From an uncultured delta proteobacterium (GTDB lineage Bacteria; Desulfobacterota; Binatia; HRBIN30; BPIQ01): a DNA stretch of 64,000 nt. The stretch covers positions 224,001 through 288,000 of the forward strand of contig CAVXGR010000012.1 in assembly GCA_963761335.1 (NCBI GenBank). Direction: 5' to 3'. The translations under genes and the position numbers were made by a program. The notes beneath the pieces were generated by a model that saw only the letters and a list, made by a program, of their open reading frames with translations, did not search any database and was not told where the DNA came from. Numbering within the stretch: position 1 is the first letter of the stretch; the number at the start of each line of letters is the position of its first letter. Shown piece by piece: positions 9,996 to 18,261 of the stretch.

Positions 9996-10039
9996 AGTGC
10001 CCCCGGCGCGATTCGAACGCACGGCCCCAGGATTAGGAA
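9996..10039 (-). repeat. att site: displaced 3' half of tRNA-Arg(CCT), 44-bp direct repeat
   Basis: agtgcccccggcgcgattcgaacgcacg[g]ccccaggattaggaa matches 22237-22280 at 43 of 44 positions. Confidence 0.95.
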
Positions 10040-10072
10040 AAGTGCAAGGGCACTATCTGGCACCACCTAGCT

Positions 10073-10162
10073 CGACGTGAGCCGAGGAAAATCAACGCTT
10101 TTCGGCACTGCACCTCGGCTCACGTCGGCTCATTGGAACATAGATTGGACACCCTTGGACAC
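10073..10162. promoter_or_regulatory. Left att arm: 15-bp inverted repeat around an IHF-like site, then tandem TTGGACAC arm-type sites
   Basis: cgacgtgagccgagg (10073-87) / cctcggctcacgtcg (10113-27); aatcaacgctttt (10090-102) is one mismatch from WATCAANNNNTTR; TTGGACAC at 10145 and 10155. Confidence 0.7.
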
Positions 10163-10341
10163 TTTCACCCGACTTTTTTGCGTCCGACCGCACTGATATG
10201 AACGTGGGGAGAGAGGGGCGGTATTCCGCCGCCCCGAACTGAGCAGCATCGCCGCGGCTAGGGTAGCTCCCGAAGAGCGGGCACCGTCCCCGCCTGCCGC
10301 GGTGTAACCATCGACGGGCACCGAAGACGGAGGTGCGGCGG

Positions 10342-11148
10342 ATGGCGAAGAGAGCGCGGTCACGGAAGCACGGCCGAGAAGCAAGCGAGCAGACGGCGCC
10401 GGCTGTGGCCGCGTATCTGGCAGGGTACCGACGGCGGCGGCTAAGGAGCATGATCAGCGAGGCGGAGGCGCTGCTGGCGGCGGCCGTGGCCCTGTCATCG
10501 CAGGAGGCGCACGAGCGCACGCCGGCCGGCCGAGCGGAGGCGGAGGAGCGACAGCGGGGGATCGAGTCGCGGATGATTGAGGAGGTGACGGCGCTCTACG
10601 ACCGCGAGCGCGGCCCCGACAACGTCGAGCACCAGCAGCGATATGCCAACGCCGTCAAGGCGATCCTCGCCGGGCCGGAGACGGTGACGCCGAGCGCGAA
10701 GAACTATCCGCGGCAGCGGTTCGGGGTGAGCCGGGACGTCGGGCGAACGGTCTATGAGGTGACGCCGGAGGCGACCGCGATACGGGCGCGACTGCTCGCG
10801 CGCTGGGCGCTGGCGCAGACGGACCCCGCCGAAATGGCGTGGCTGGACGAGCGCGCCGAACAGGCCAGCGTCGAGCTGGTACTCGCTCGCGCACGTCATG
10901 CGGAGGGGATCGAGGCGGCGCAGTGGCGCGGGGTATCCGCGCGCGCGTCGTCGAATCCGACGCGACGGGCACAGGGTGCGAGGGACCGCGTTGGGCTGCG
11001 GCGCGACTACAAGTTGCTCCGCGCCGCGAACCTCAAGAAGAGATGGAGCGAGAAGAAGGCCGGCGCCGAAGCCGTGTCGGAGCTGGCGCGCCGGCGATCG
11101 GTGACGCCGGAGCGCATACGACGCATGCTGCGGGACGCGCAGACATAG
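10342..11148 (+). CDS. Hypothetical protein with possible C-terminal HTH
   Basis: GGAGGT RBS before ATG 10342; C-terminus AVSELARRRSVTPERIRRML resembles an HTH. Confidence 0.65.
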   Translation: MAKRARSRKHGREASEQTAPAVAAYLAGYRRRRLRSMISEAEALLAAAVALSSQEAHERTPAGRAEAEERQRGIESRMIEEVTALYDRERGPDNVEHQQRYANAVKAILAGPETVTPSAKNYPRQRFGVSRDVGRTVYEVTPEATAIRARLLARWALAQTDPAEMAWLDERAEQASVELVLARARHAEGIEAAQWRGVSARASSNPTRRAQGARDRVGLRRDYKLLRAANLKKRWSEKKAGAEAVSELARRRSVTPERIRRMLRDAQT

Positions 11149-11173
11149 CACATCACGCTAGCGTGACGTGCTA
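11146..11173. promoter_or_regulatory. 28-bp near-perfect palindrome, putative operator
   Basis: tagcacatcacgctagcgtgacgtgcta, 13 of 14 pairs, just upstream of the HTH-replicase operon. Confidence 0.55.
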
Positions 11174-11214
11174 GGCGCGTGACTAGCCAGCGCCAGCGGG
11201 CGCATGATGCGCGC

Positions 11215-11439
11215 ATGGCCACCACAGCATGCGCTGAGCTACTCACTAGCAGTGACGTATCACGCCTCGCCCGCGGCGAGGTAACCCCGGCCACCGTGCG
11301 TCTGGCGGCTGCGGCCGGGCGACTGCGCCCGGCCGCCGTGACGCCGAGCGGCGTGCGGCTCTATTCGCGGGCCGCCGTGCTCGCGTGGCTGGCGGCCCGG
11401 GCTGCGGCTCAGGCTCGACGGCGGGGAGAGGCCGCATAG
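11215..11439 (+). CDS. MerR/AlpA/excisionase-like winged-HTH protein
   Basis: LLTSSDVSRL..VTPATVR....GRL.P...TPSGVRLYSRAAV. Confidence 0.8.
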   Translation: MATTACAELLTSSDVSRLARGEVTPATVRLAAAAGRLRPAAVTPSGVRLYSRAAVLAWLAARAAAQARRRGEAA

Positions 11440-11441
11440 TC

Positions 11442-13847
11442 GTGGGTCCTCGGGCGGCGGTGGTGCGGGGCGGAGCAGCGACACGCGCAGAGCAGCGACG
11501 GGCCGAGCGCGACTCGCGCGCCCATGCGCGTGAGTATGTCGAGCGCGGCTGGCGCATCGTGCGCGTACCGAAGGGCAGCAAGGCGCCCGTAGACAAGGGA
11601 TGGCAGAGCCGCGTCTATTCGGTCGAGGACTTCGCGGCTGACGACAACATCGGGCTGTGGCTCGGCGGCGACCTCAAGGACGTCGACCCGGACACGCCGG
11701 AGGCGCGGACTGCGGCGCCCCGACTGCTGCCGGCGACGGACATGCGGCATGGTCGCCCATCGGCACGGGCTCACTACTGGTACGACGCCGCCGGCGCAAA
11801 GACGGCCCAATACCGCGACGTCGACGGCCGGACGATGCTGATCGAGCTGCGCGCCGGAGCCGGCCAGCAAACCATCGTGCCGCCGTCCACGCATCCGAGT
11901 GGCGAGGTGCTCGCGTGGGAGGCGTTTGGCGAGCCGGCGGCGGTTGACCCGCGCGAGCTAGAGCGCCGGGTGGCTGCGGTAGCTGCTGCGGCGATACTCG
12001 CCCGCCATTCACCAGCAGAGGGCGCCCGACACGAGATGCGGATTGCGCTCGCCGGGATGGGGCTGCGCGGCGGCATGACGGAGCCCGACGTGCTGCGCTT
12101 CGTCGAAGCGGCCGCCGTCGCCGCCGGGCACCGAGACGTGGGCGACTGCGCCGGCGCTGTGAAGACGACGGCGGCCGCCATCGCTACCGGGAAGTCGGCG
12201 ACCGGCGCCCCGAGGCTGGCCGAGCTGCTGACCGGCGACGGCAGGAAAGTTGTCGAGCTGGTCCGCCAATGGCTCGGACTGCGCCGGACAGAGTCGGCGG
12301 TTGAAATCGAACAGGTGACGCCGCTCGACGTCTTCGGCGATGCGACCCTTGCCGGGTCGCCCGACTTCCCGCTTGAGCCGATGCCCGAGGTGCTCGCTCG
12401 CTTCGCAGAGGATGAGGCGGAGCGACTCGGCGTCGACCCGGCGATGCTCGCCTTGCCGGCGCTCGCCGTCTGCGCTGCGGCGATCCACGACGGCATACAG
12501 GTACAGCCGCGCATCCATGACACCGGCTGGCGAGAATCTGCCCGGCTTTGGATAGCGGGAATAACCGACAGCGGCGAGCGCAAGTCGCCCGCACTTCGCG
12601 CCGCCGTGCAGCCGCTCCGCGACATCGAAATTGCCTGCTTCGAGGAGGACCAGGCTGCCCTTGCAGAATACGAGATTGACCGGCGAGCCTATGAGTCTGC
12701 GGTCAAGGGCGTCGCTCAAAGGCGGGGCAAGGGCGAGGACGTGTCGGCGCCGACCGAGCCAAAAAAGCCGCGCGTCCGGCGGTGGGTATGCGATGACGCC
12801 ACAATCGAGGCGCTCAGCGATGTACTCTTGGACAATCACGGCGGGCCGCTGGTCTTCCGCGATGAGTTCTCCTCGTTCTTCGCCTTCGACGCCTATCGGC
12901 AGCAAGGCGCCGGCCGCGACCGCTCCCTTTGGCTGGAGCTCTACAACGGCGGTTGGAAGCCAATCGACCGGGTGAGGCGCGGGCGGGTGCTCGTCCCCAA
13001 CTGGTCGGTCTGCTTGCTCGGAGCGATACAGCCTGAACCCATGCGTCGGCTCGCGTCGAAGATAACCGACGACGGCTTGGTGCAGCGCCTCGTCACGTTC
13101 TTTCCGCGGCCTTGTACTCAAGGCATCGACCGCCGCCCCAACTACTCGGCGCTCACCGGATACCGCGAACTGCTCGCCCGCCTCGTTGCCCTGCCGCCGT
13201 CCCGCGAGCCGGTGACACTGGACCCGGATGCTCACCCGTGGCGGGAAGAGGTTGCGCGAGTCGCCCGTGACGTGATGCTGCTCCCGGACACCTCGGCCGC
13301 TTTCCGGGCGCACCTTGCGAAGTGGGAGGGACTATTTGCGCGCCTGTTGCTGACTTTGCATGTCGTCGGGTCGGTCTCGAAGACGGGGAACGTGGCGGTC
13401 AGCGTGTCGGCGGAGACGGCGGCCGCGGTCACCCGCCTGATGGTGGACTATCTGCTCCCCCATGCCGCCCGATTCTACGCCGACATCCTCGGGCATGACC
13501 ATCTGAAGCACGGGCGATGGCTCGCCGGCTTCATCCTGGCCCGCAGGCTCGAAAAGCTCAGTGTTCGCAGCATCGGGCGTGCGTATCGAGAGCTGCGCGG
13601 CGACCCCATCGGCACGGCGCGCGTGATGGAGACGCTGGAGGCGCTGGCATGGGTGACGCGCATCGAAACCGGGCACGGCGGCCCGCCCCGAAAATGGAAA
13701 GTCAACCCGCAGGTTCATTCACGATTTGCGGACCGCGCCGCCAAAGAACAGGAACGACGGCAACAAGTGTTCACGGAAATTCAGGCGGCGGCGGGACGCC
13801 TCGGGCTCGCCCACCAGGCCGACCACGATGAGGAGGTGGCCGAATGA
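11442..13847 (+). CDS. Bifunctional primase-polymerase (Prim-Pol) fused to a DUF3987/YfjI-type P-loop helicase-like domain
   Basis: N-terminus: GWRIV..PKGSKAP..GWQ, NIGL, DVDPD, HYWY, TIVPPSTHPSG. C-terminus: SGERKSPA, DATIEAL, RDEF, LELYNGG, GAIQP, DGLVQR. Start approximate. Confidence 0.88.
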   Translation: MGPRAAVVRGGAATRAEQRRAERDSRAHAREYVERGWRIVRVPKGSKAPVDKGWQSRVYSVEDFAADDNIGLWLGGDLKDVDPDTPEARTAAPRLLPATDMRHGRPSARAHYWYDAAGAKTAQYRDVDGRTMLIELRAGAGQQTIVPPSTHPSGEVLAWEAFGEPAAVDPRELERRVAAVAAAAILARHSPAEGARHEMRIALAGMGLRGGMTEPDVLRFVEAAAVAAGHRDVGDCAGAVKTTAAAIATGKSATGAPRLAELLTGDGRKVVELVRQWLGLRRTESAVEIEQVTPLDVFGDATLAGSPDFPLEPMPEVLARFAEDEAERLGVDPAMLALPALAVCAAAIHDGIQVQPRIHDTGWRESARLWIAGITDSGERKSPALRAAVQPLRDIEIACFEEDQAALAEYEIDRRAYESAVKGVAQRRGKGEDVSAPTEPKKPRVRRWVCDDATIEALSDVLLDNHGGPLVFRDEFSSFFAFDAYRQQGAGRDRSLWLELYNGGWKPIDRVRRGRVLVPNWSVCLLGAIQPEPMRRLASKITDDGLVQRLVTFFPRPCTQGIDRRPNYSALTGYRELLARLVALPPSREPVTLDPDAHPWREEVARVARDVMLLPDTSAAFRAHLAKWEGLFARLLLTLHVVGSVSKTGNVAVSVSAETAAAVTRLMVDYLLPHAARFYADILGHDHLKHGRWLAGFILARRLEKLSVRSIGRAYRELRGDPIGTARVMETLEALAWVTRIETGHGGPPRKWKVNPQVHSRFADRAAKEQERRQQVFTEIQAAAGRLGLAHQADHDEEVAE

Positions 13848-14176
13848 GCGCGGCCCGCAGCCTCTTCGAGCGCGTCCGGATGCGGGTGGAGAGTCGAAAA
13901 ACGTCCCAAACGTCACATGCACGTGCGGGGATAGAGACAAGACAAGCTTCTTTTTCCTCTAATAATAACTCTGAGTCTCTGCGAAATCCTCAAGTGACAC
14001 TTGGGACGCTTTGCCCCCACGCACAGGACGAGTCGACCCGGCAGTGGTATCGCGACAACCCCAAGCTCATTTGCGCGAGATGCTGGCTTGATGCTCATGG
14101 CGGCCGAATTCGGGGGGGCACAGATAGCCCGGTCCGGGAGCCTGATGCTCTCCGCAAAGCCCGGGGGGCGCCGTGA
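13844..14176 (+). CDS. Hypothetical protein (CxxC) overlapping the candidate origin
   Basis: ATGA and GTGA coupling to both neighbours; LICARCW. Confidence 0.45.
   Translation: MSAARSLFERVRMRVESRKTSQTSHARAGIETRQASFSSNNNSESLRNPQVTLGTLCPHAQDESTRQWYRDNPKLICARCWLDAHGGRIRGGTDSPVREPDALRKARGAP
13902..14008. other. Candidate replication origin: inverted repeats flanking an AT-rich tract
   Basis: cgtcccaaacgtcac (13902-16) vs reverse complement of gtgacacttgggacg (13994-14008), 13/15; ttctttttcctctaataataact between them; directly after the replicase. Confidence 0.45.
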
Positions 14177-14592
14177 TCGACCTCGCCAACGCCACGGCGC
14201 TGCTCGCCGAGCTGGTGAACGCCGCCGCCGCCGAGCAGATCCCGGACGTCATCGGCGCTCTTGAGTCAGCCAAGGCGCGGGCGCTCGCGAAGTTGATGCC
14301 GTCGCCGGTCGCCGGCCCGCCGAGGTTAGTCGACGCCGCCGAGATGGCCGACCTCATCGGCGTCCCGGAAGGATGGGTCCGAGACAAAGCCAGAGCCGGC
14401 GCCCTGCCCTGCCGGCAGCTTGGCCACTACGTGCGCTTCGATGCCGCCGAGGTGCTCGAAGCGGTGCGGAAGATGCCGGCGCCACAGAATCGCGGATTCT
14501 GTAGCCCGAAAAAGGGCGAGGAAAAACGCGGTGGTAGCCGGCGAGTGTCCAAGCCGTGTCCAAACCCTCCGGCAGCGGAGGTGCCATCGTGA
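14173..14592 (+). CDS. HTH_17/excisionase-like DNA-binding protein
   Basis: LVDAAEMADLIGVPEGWVRDKARAGALPCRQLGHYVRFDAAEV. Confidence 0.85.
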   Translation: MIDLANATALLAELVNAAAAEQIPDVIGALESAKARALAKLMPSPVAGPPRLVDAAEMADLIGVPEGWVRDKARAGALPCRQLGHYVRFDAAEVLEAVRKMPAPQNRGFCSPKKGEEKRGGSRRVSKPCPNPPAAEVPS

Positions 14593-15176
14593 GCCGTCAG
14601 CTGGCGCCGCTGAAGCCTGCCCGTGGCCGTCGACCGAAGCACGCCGGCCGCCTGCTCGACCGCGTCCTGAAAGAGAACCGCCTCGACCGGCGGACACAGA
14701 CGGCGCGGATGCTCGACTCGGTTGCCAACGACCTCGCCGCAGAGCGCGGCGGCTGGCAGCGAGTCTCGGCCGGCGAGGAGATCGCCATTCGGCGGATCGC
14801 CTTCCTGACGCTGCTCTGCTCGTCGATTGAATCGTGGGCGCTTCAGCAGCCCGGTGGCGTGATCGCCGAGGGCAAGCTGCTCGGCCCCTTGGCGAAGGGC
14901 TATGCGACCCACCAGGCGAATCTGGTGCGCACGCTGGCCGTTGTGGGCATCCGCCCTGATCGGCAGCCAGAGCAATCGTTGACCGACTATCTGCGGCAGA
15001 GAGAGATCGCCACGGAGCCGGCGCATAGCCCGGCCGGTGGCGTGGGCGGCGAGAGCGCGGGCCGGCGTTCCGGTTTGGGTTTCGACGGTCCGTCGCCTTC
15101 GCCGCCCAATTCTCCGCCGGCGCCACCGCCGGCACCACCACCAACGGCGCCATCGCGCGCCAGAAAGGACGATTGA
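14589..15176 (+). CDS. Putative terminase small subunit-like protein
   Basis: Basic N-terminus then a helical core (LDRRT..AR...DL...GG...S..E...IRR.A....L..TL..VG); upstream of the TerL-like gene; assignment is largely positional. Confidence 0.5.
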   Translation: MSRQLAPLKPARGRRPKHAGRLLDRVLKENRLDRRTQTARMLDSVANDLAAERGGWQRVSAGEEIAIRRIAFLTLLCSSIESWALQQPGGVIAEGKLLGPLAKGYATHQANLVRTLAVVGIRPDRQPEQSLTDYLRQREIATEPAHSPAGGVGGESAGRRSGLGFDGPSPSPPNSPPAPPPAPPPTAPSRARKDD

Positions 15177-15179
15177 GAC

Positions 15180-15878
15180 ATGCCAGACCTCGCCACGTTG
15201 CTGTCCACCAGAAGCACGCAGGCTGCCGATGTCGATGCGAAGCTGTCGGACCCCATCCCGTCCACCACGGATCTGGCCGCCGCTGCGGCAGCAATCGCCG
15301 ACGAGCACCGTCTTGCCCGTGCCGCGGCATGTAGTGCCCTTTCGCACGCCCGCCGAGCTGGTGAGCTGCTCCTCGACGCCAAGGCGCGGCTCCCGCATGG
15401 CGCCTGGCTTCCGTGGGTGCAATCGCTGGACGACCTGTCGCCACGCACGGCGCAAGCCTACATGCGGCTGGCCGCACACTGGAGCGAGGTAAAAGCAAAA
15501 GCGCAACACGTTGCGCATTTGCCGTTGCGCCAGGCTTTGCGCCTGCTGGCCGAGCCTCGGACCGCTGAGGCTCAACCGGAGGATGTGGCGCCCATTGAGG
15601 CATCGGGCAGCGACTGTTCGCTTGCCGTGGTCGCCGCGCCGAAGACCAGAGTAGAGCGGCATCCCGTTCACTACCGCAAGCGCTATGCCAACGCCAATAA
15701 AATGATGGAGAGAATGGTCCGCAACCTTGCAGGCATTGCGCTTGCCGCCAAGCAGATTCTTGACGTGAGCCAGCTCGACCCAAGCAGGCGCGCAGATTGG
15801 CTGAAGTCTCTTCGCGAATCATCGATGGTCTTCAACGGCATCTGCAAGAAGTTGAAGGAGGAGGACAAGTCATCGTGA
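15180..15878 (+). CDS. DUF3102 domain-containing protein
   Basis: HARRAGELLLDAKARLPHGAWLPWV....LSPRTAQAYMRLA. Confidence 0.8.
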   Translation: MPDLATLLSTRSTQAADVDAKLSDPIPSTTDLAAAAAAIADEHRLARAAACSALSHARRAGELLLDAKARLPHGAWLPWVQSLDDLSPRTAQAYMRLAAHWSEVKAKAQHVAHLPLRQALRLLAEPRTAEAQPEDVAPIEASGSDCSLAVVAAPKTRVERHPVHYRKRYANANKMMERMVRNLAGIALAAKQILDVSQLDPSRRADWLKSLRESSMVFNGICKKLKEEDKSS

Positions 15879-16090
15879 CCACGGATGACGTGACCCCCGG
15901 CGTGGCGCCGACCGTGAAACTGCGCCCGCCGGAGACCACAGCGGCAGACGAGCTGCAAGCCGAGCTTCGCCGGCTCTCGGCGCATGAGCTGCGCTTGCTC
16001 CGTGACTGCGCCCGCCGATTGCGGCGAGACGGCGCCGACTTCTATGCGCGCCTGTCGAGGACCGTCACCTTCGGAGGCGAGGCGGCGTGA
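15875..16090 (+). CDS. Small hypothetical protein
   Basis: GTGA-coupled at both ends within the operon. Confidence 0.55.
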   Translation: MTTDDVTPGVAPTVKLRPPETTAADELQAELRRLSAHELRLLRDCARRLRRDGADFYARLSRTVTFGGEAA

Positions 16091-17493
16091 CCATCCTCGA
16101 TGCGATGCGCGACCGGGCGCTGTTCGGGTCGTGGTTCTCCGGCGAGAGCTGGGATGCGTGGCGCGCCTTCTTGGCGGCGGCCTTCGCGTTGGAGATGACG
16201 CCGGAACAGCTTGAGGTGTACCGACGTCACACGGGCCGCGAAACGCTGCCAACGTCGCCGGCCCGCGAGACATGGACCATCGCCGGTCGCCGTGGCGGGA
16301 AGTCACGCATCGCGGCGCTTGTCGCCGTCTATCTCGCGGCCTTCCGCGATTACGGCGCCGTCCTGGCACCTGGCGAGGTGGGCACGCTGGCCGTGATCGC
16401 CGCGGACAGGCGCCAGGCGCGGGTCATCATGCGCTACGTCCGCGGGCTCATCGAGGGCGTGCCGATGTTGAAGGCGATGGTTGTGCGCCAGACCACCGAG
16501 AGCATCGAGCTGTCATCCCGCGTCGTCATCGAGATCCACACCGCGAGCTTTCGCGCCGTTCGTGGCTACACGCTGGTCGCCGCCATCTGCGACGAGGTGG
16601 CGTTTTGGCGCACCGACGATGCCGCCGCGGACCCGGACCGGGAGATCATCGGCGGGCTGCGCCCCGGGCTCGCTAGCATTCCCGGCGCGCCGCTCGTCTG
16701 TATCTCGTCGCCGTACGCTCGGCGCGGGATGCTGTGGGATTCCTACTCGCGACACTTCGGGCAGGACGGCGACCCGGTGCTCGTTTGGCAGGCGCCGACC
16801 ATGGCGATGCACCCGGGGCTCGACGAGCAGGTCATCGCCGACGCCTACGCCGCCGACGATGCCGCGGCCGCGGCTGAGTATGGCGCAGAGTTTCGCCGCG
16901 ACATCGAGTCGTTCGTGAGTCGGGAGGCGGTTACGGCCTGCGTCATCCCGGACCGCCGCGAGCTGCCTCCGGTGATGTCGGAGACGCACACCGCGTTCTG
17001 CGACCCATCCGGCGGCTCACAGGACTCGATGACGCTCGCCATTGCCCATCGCGACCGCGAGGGCTGCGCCGTACTCGACGCCATCCGTGAGGTACGACCG
17101 CCGTTCAGCCCCGATGCCGTCTGCCGGGAGTTTGCGGAGGTGCTCCGGCAGTATGGTCTGCGCACCGTCGAGGGCGACCGCTACGCCGGCGAGTGGCCGC
17201 GGGAGCGATTCGCCGTGCACGGGATCACCTACTCGCCGGCCGCGGCGCCGAAGTCTGACATCTACCGCGACCTGTTGCCGATGCTGTCGGCCGGGAGATG
17301 CGAGCTGCTGGACCATCCGCGTTTGCTGTCCCAGCTGCTCGGGCTCGAACGGCGCACGGCACGCGGCGGACGCGATTCAATCGACCATGCGCCGCGAGGA
17401 CACGATGACGTGGTTAACGCTGCGGCCGGCGCACTGGTGAAGGCTGCGGAGCAACAGACACGAGCGGGCACCATTCCGGTGCTCGGCTTTTGA
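16087..17493 (+). CDS. Terminase large subunit-like protein (ATPase plus RNase H-like nuclease)
   Basis: Walker A AGRRGGKS, Walker B AICDEVAFW, coupling motif ISSP, EYGAEF, nuclease acidic residues FCDPSGG..DS, VEGDRY and HDDVVNA. Confidence 0.85.
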   Translation: MTILDAMRDRALFGSWFSGESWDAWRAFLAAAFALEMTPEQLEVYRRHTGRETLPTSPARETWTIAGRRGGKSRIAALVAVYLAAFRDYGAVLAPGEVGTLAVIAADRRQARVIMRYVRGLIEGVPMLKAMVVRQTTESIELSSRVVIEIHTASFRAVRGYTLVAAICDEVAFWRTDDAAADPDREIIGGLRPGLASIPGAPLVCISSPYARRGMLWDSYSRHFGQDGDPVLVWQAPTMAMHPGLDEQVIADAYAADDAAAAAEYGAEFRRDIESFVSREAVTACVIPDRRELPPVMSETHTAFCDPSGGSQDSMTLAIAHRDREGCAVLDAIREVRPPFSPDAVCREFAEVLRQYGLRTVEGDRYAGEWPRERFAVHGITYSPAAAPKSDIYRDLLPMLSAGRCELLDHPRLLSQLLGLERRTARGGRDSIDHAPRGHDDVVNAAAGALVKAAEQQTRAGTIPVLGF

Positions 17494-17526
17494 CCATGCA
17501 ATTCTAACACAGAGGAGGATTTCACT

Positions 17527-18180
17527 ATGGAACTCACAGCTACGGCGGCGCTCGACGCCGTCAACGAGACTGCCGCCAAGGTCCGCGAGATTCGCGACGC
17601 AGCGATGGCCGAGGCCAAGAGGATCGACGCCGACCCGCGCCTGTCGGTCGCCGGCAAGGCGCAGCAGACGGCGCAGATTCGCCGTGATGCCGCCGACCGG
17701 GTCGCACCGCTGGTTGCTCGCGCCCGGGAAATCATCGCCGACGCCGAGGTGCGGGTGAGCACGTGGACGCTCGACGAGTTTCTCTTGCGAGAGGAGTTCA
17801 CCGCGACCACGGACCGCGCCGTGCTCGACCGCGTACATCTGGCGGCGGTTCTTCCGCGCGCCTCGGTCCGCGAGCTGCGCGCCCTGATGTCATCGGCGGC
17901 CCGTGCCACCGAAGCGTGGCGGGTGTCCATGATTCGGCGCGAGGCACTGGCCCGACTCGACGCCGGCGTGCCCGTCGAGGCGACCCGCCGAGAGCTCGGA
18001 GAGGTGATCGCCGCCGCCGCGGCAGTGGAGCCGCCGGACATCGCCGAGATGCGCGCAGCCCGCGATGAGCTGGTGCGGATGCGGCCGTTCCTGGAGGACC
18101 TGTTTCGGCAGATTTCCGCTCCGCCGCGGCCCAGCAATCCGGGCGCCCTACGTCCGACACGGGCAGGCGCCGCGGCGTGA
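17527..18180 (+). CDS. Hypothetical all-alpha-helical protein (paralog A)
   Basis: Strong RBS gaggagg; Ala/Arg/Glu-rich amphipathic helices. Confidence 0.75.
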   Translation: MELTATAALDAVNETAAKVREIRDAAMAEAKRIDADPRLSVAGKAQQTAQIRRDAADRVAPLVARAREIIADAEVRVSTWTLDEFLLREEFTATTDRAVLDRVHLAAVLPRASVRELRALMSSAARATEAWRVSMIRREALARLDAGVPVEATRRELGEVIAAAAAVEPPDIAEMRAARDELVRMRPFLEDLFRQISAPPRPSNPGALRPTRAGAAA

Positions 18181-18261
18181 TTCGACGCTCGACGGACTTG
18201 ATCGCCCATACGGCCGGCGGGGCGTGAGGCGCCGGCCAAGACAGAAGAGGAGACACCGGAA

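Noticed and set aside
9996..10039. Second tRNA gene
   Set aside because: Only the anticodon loop to 3' end is present, with no D-arm or 5' acceptor strand; it is the att duplication.
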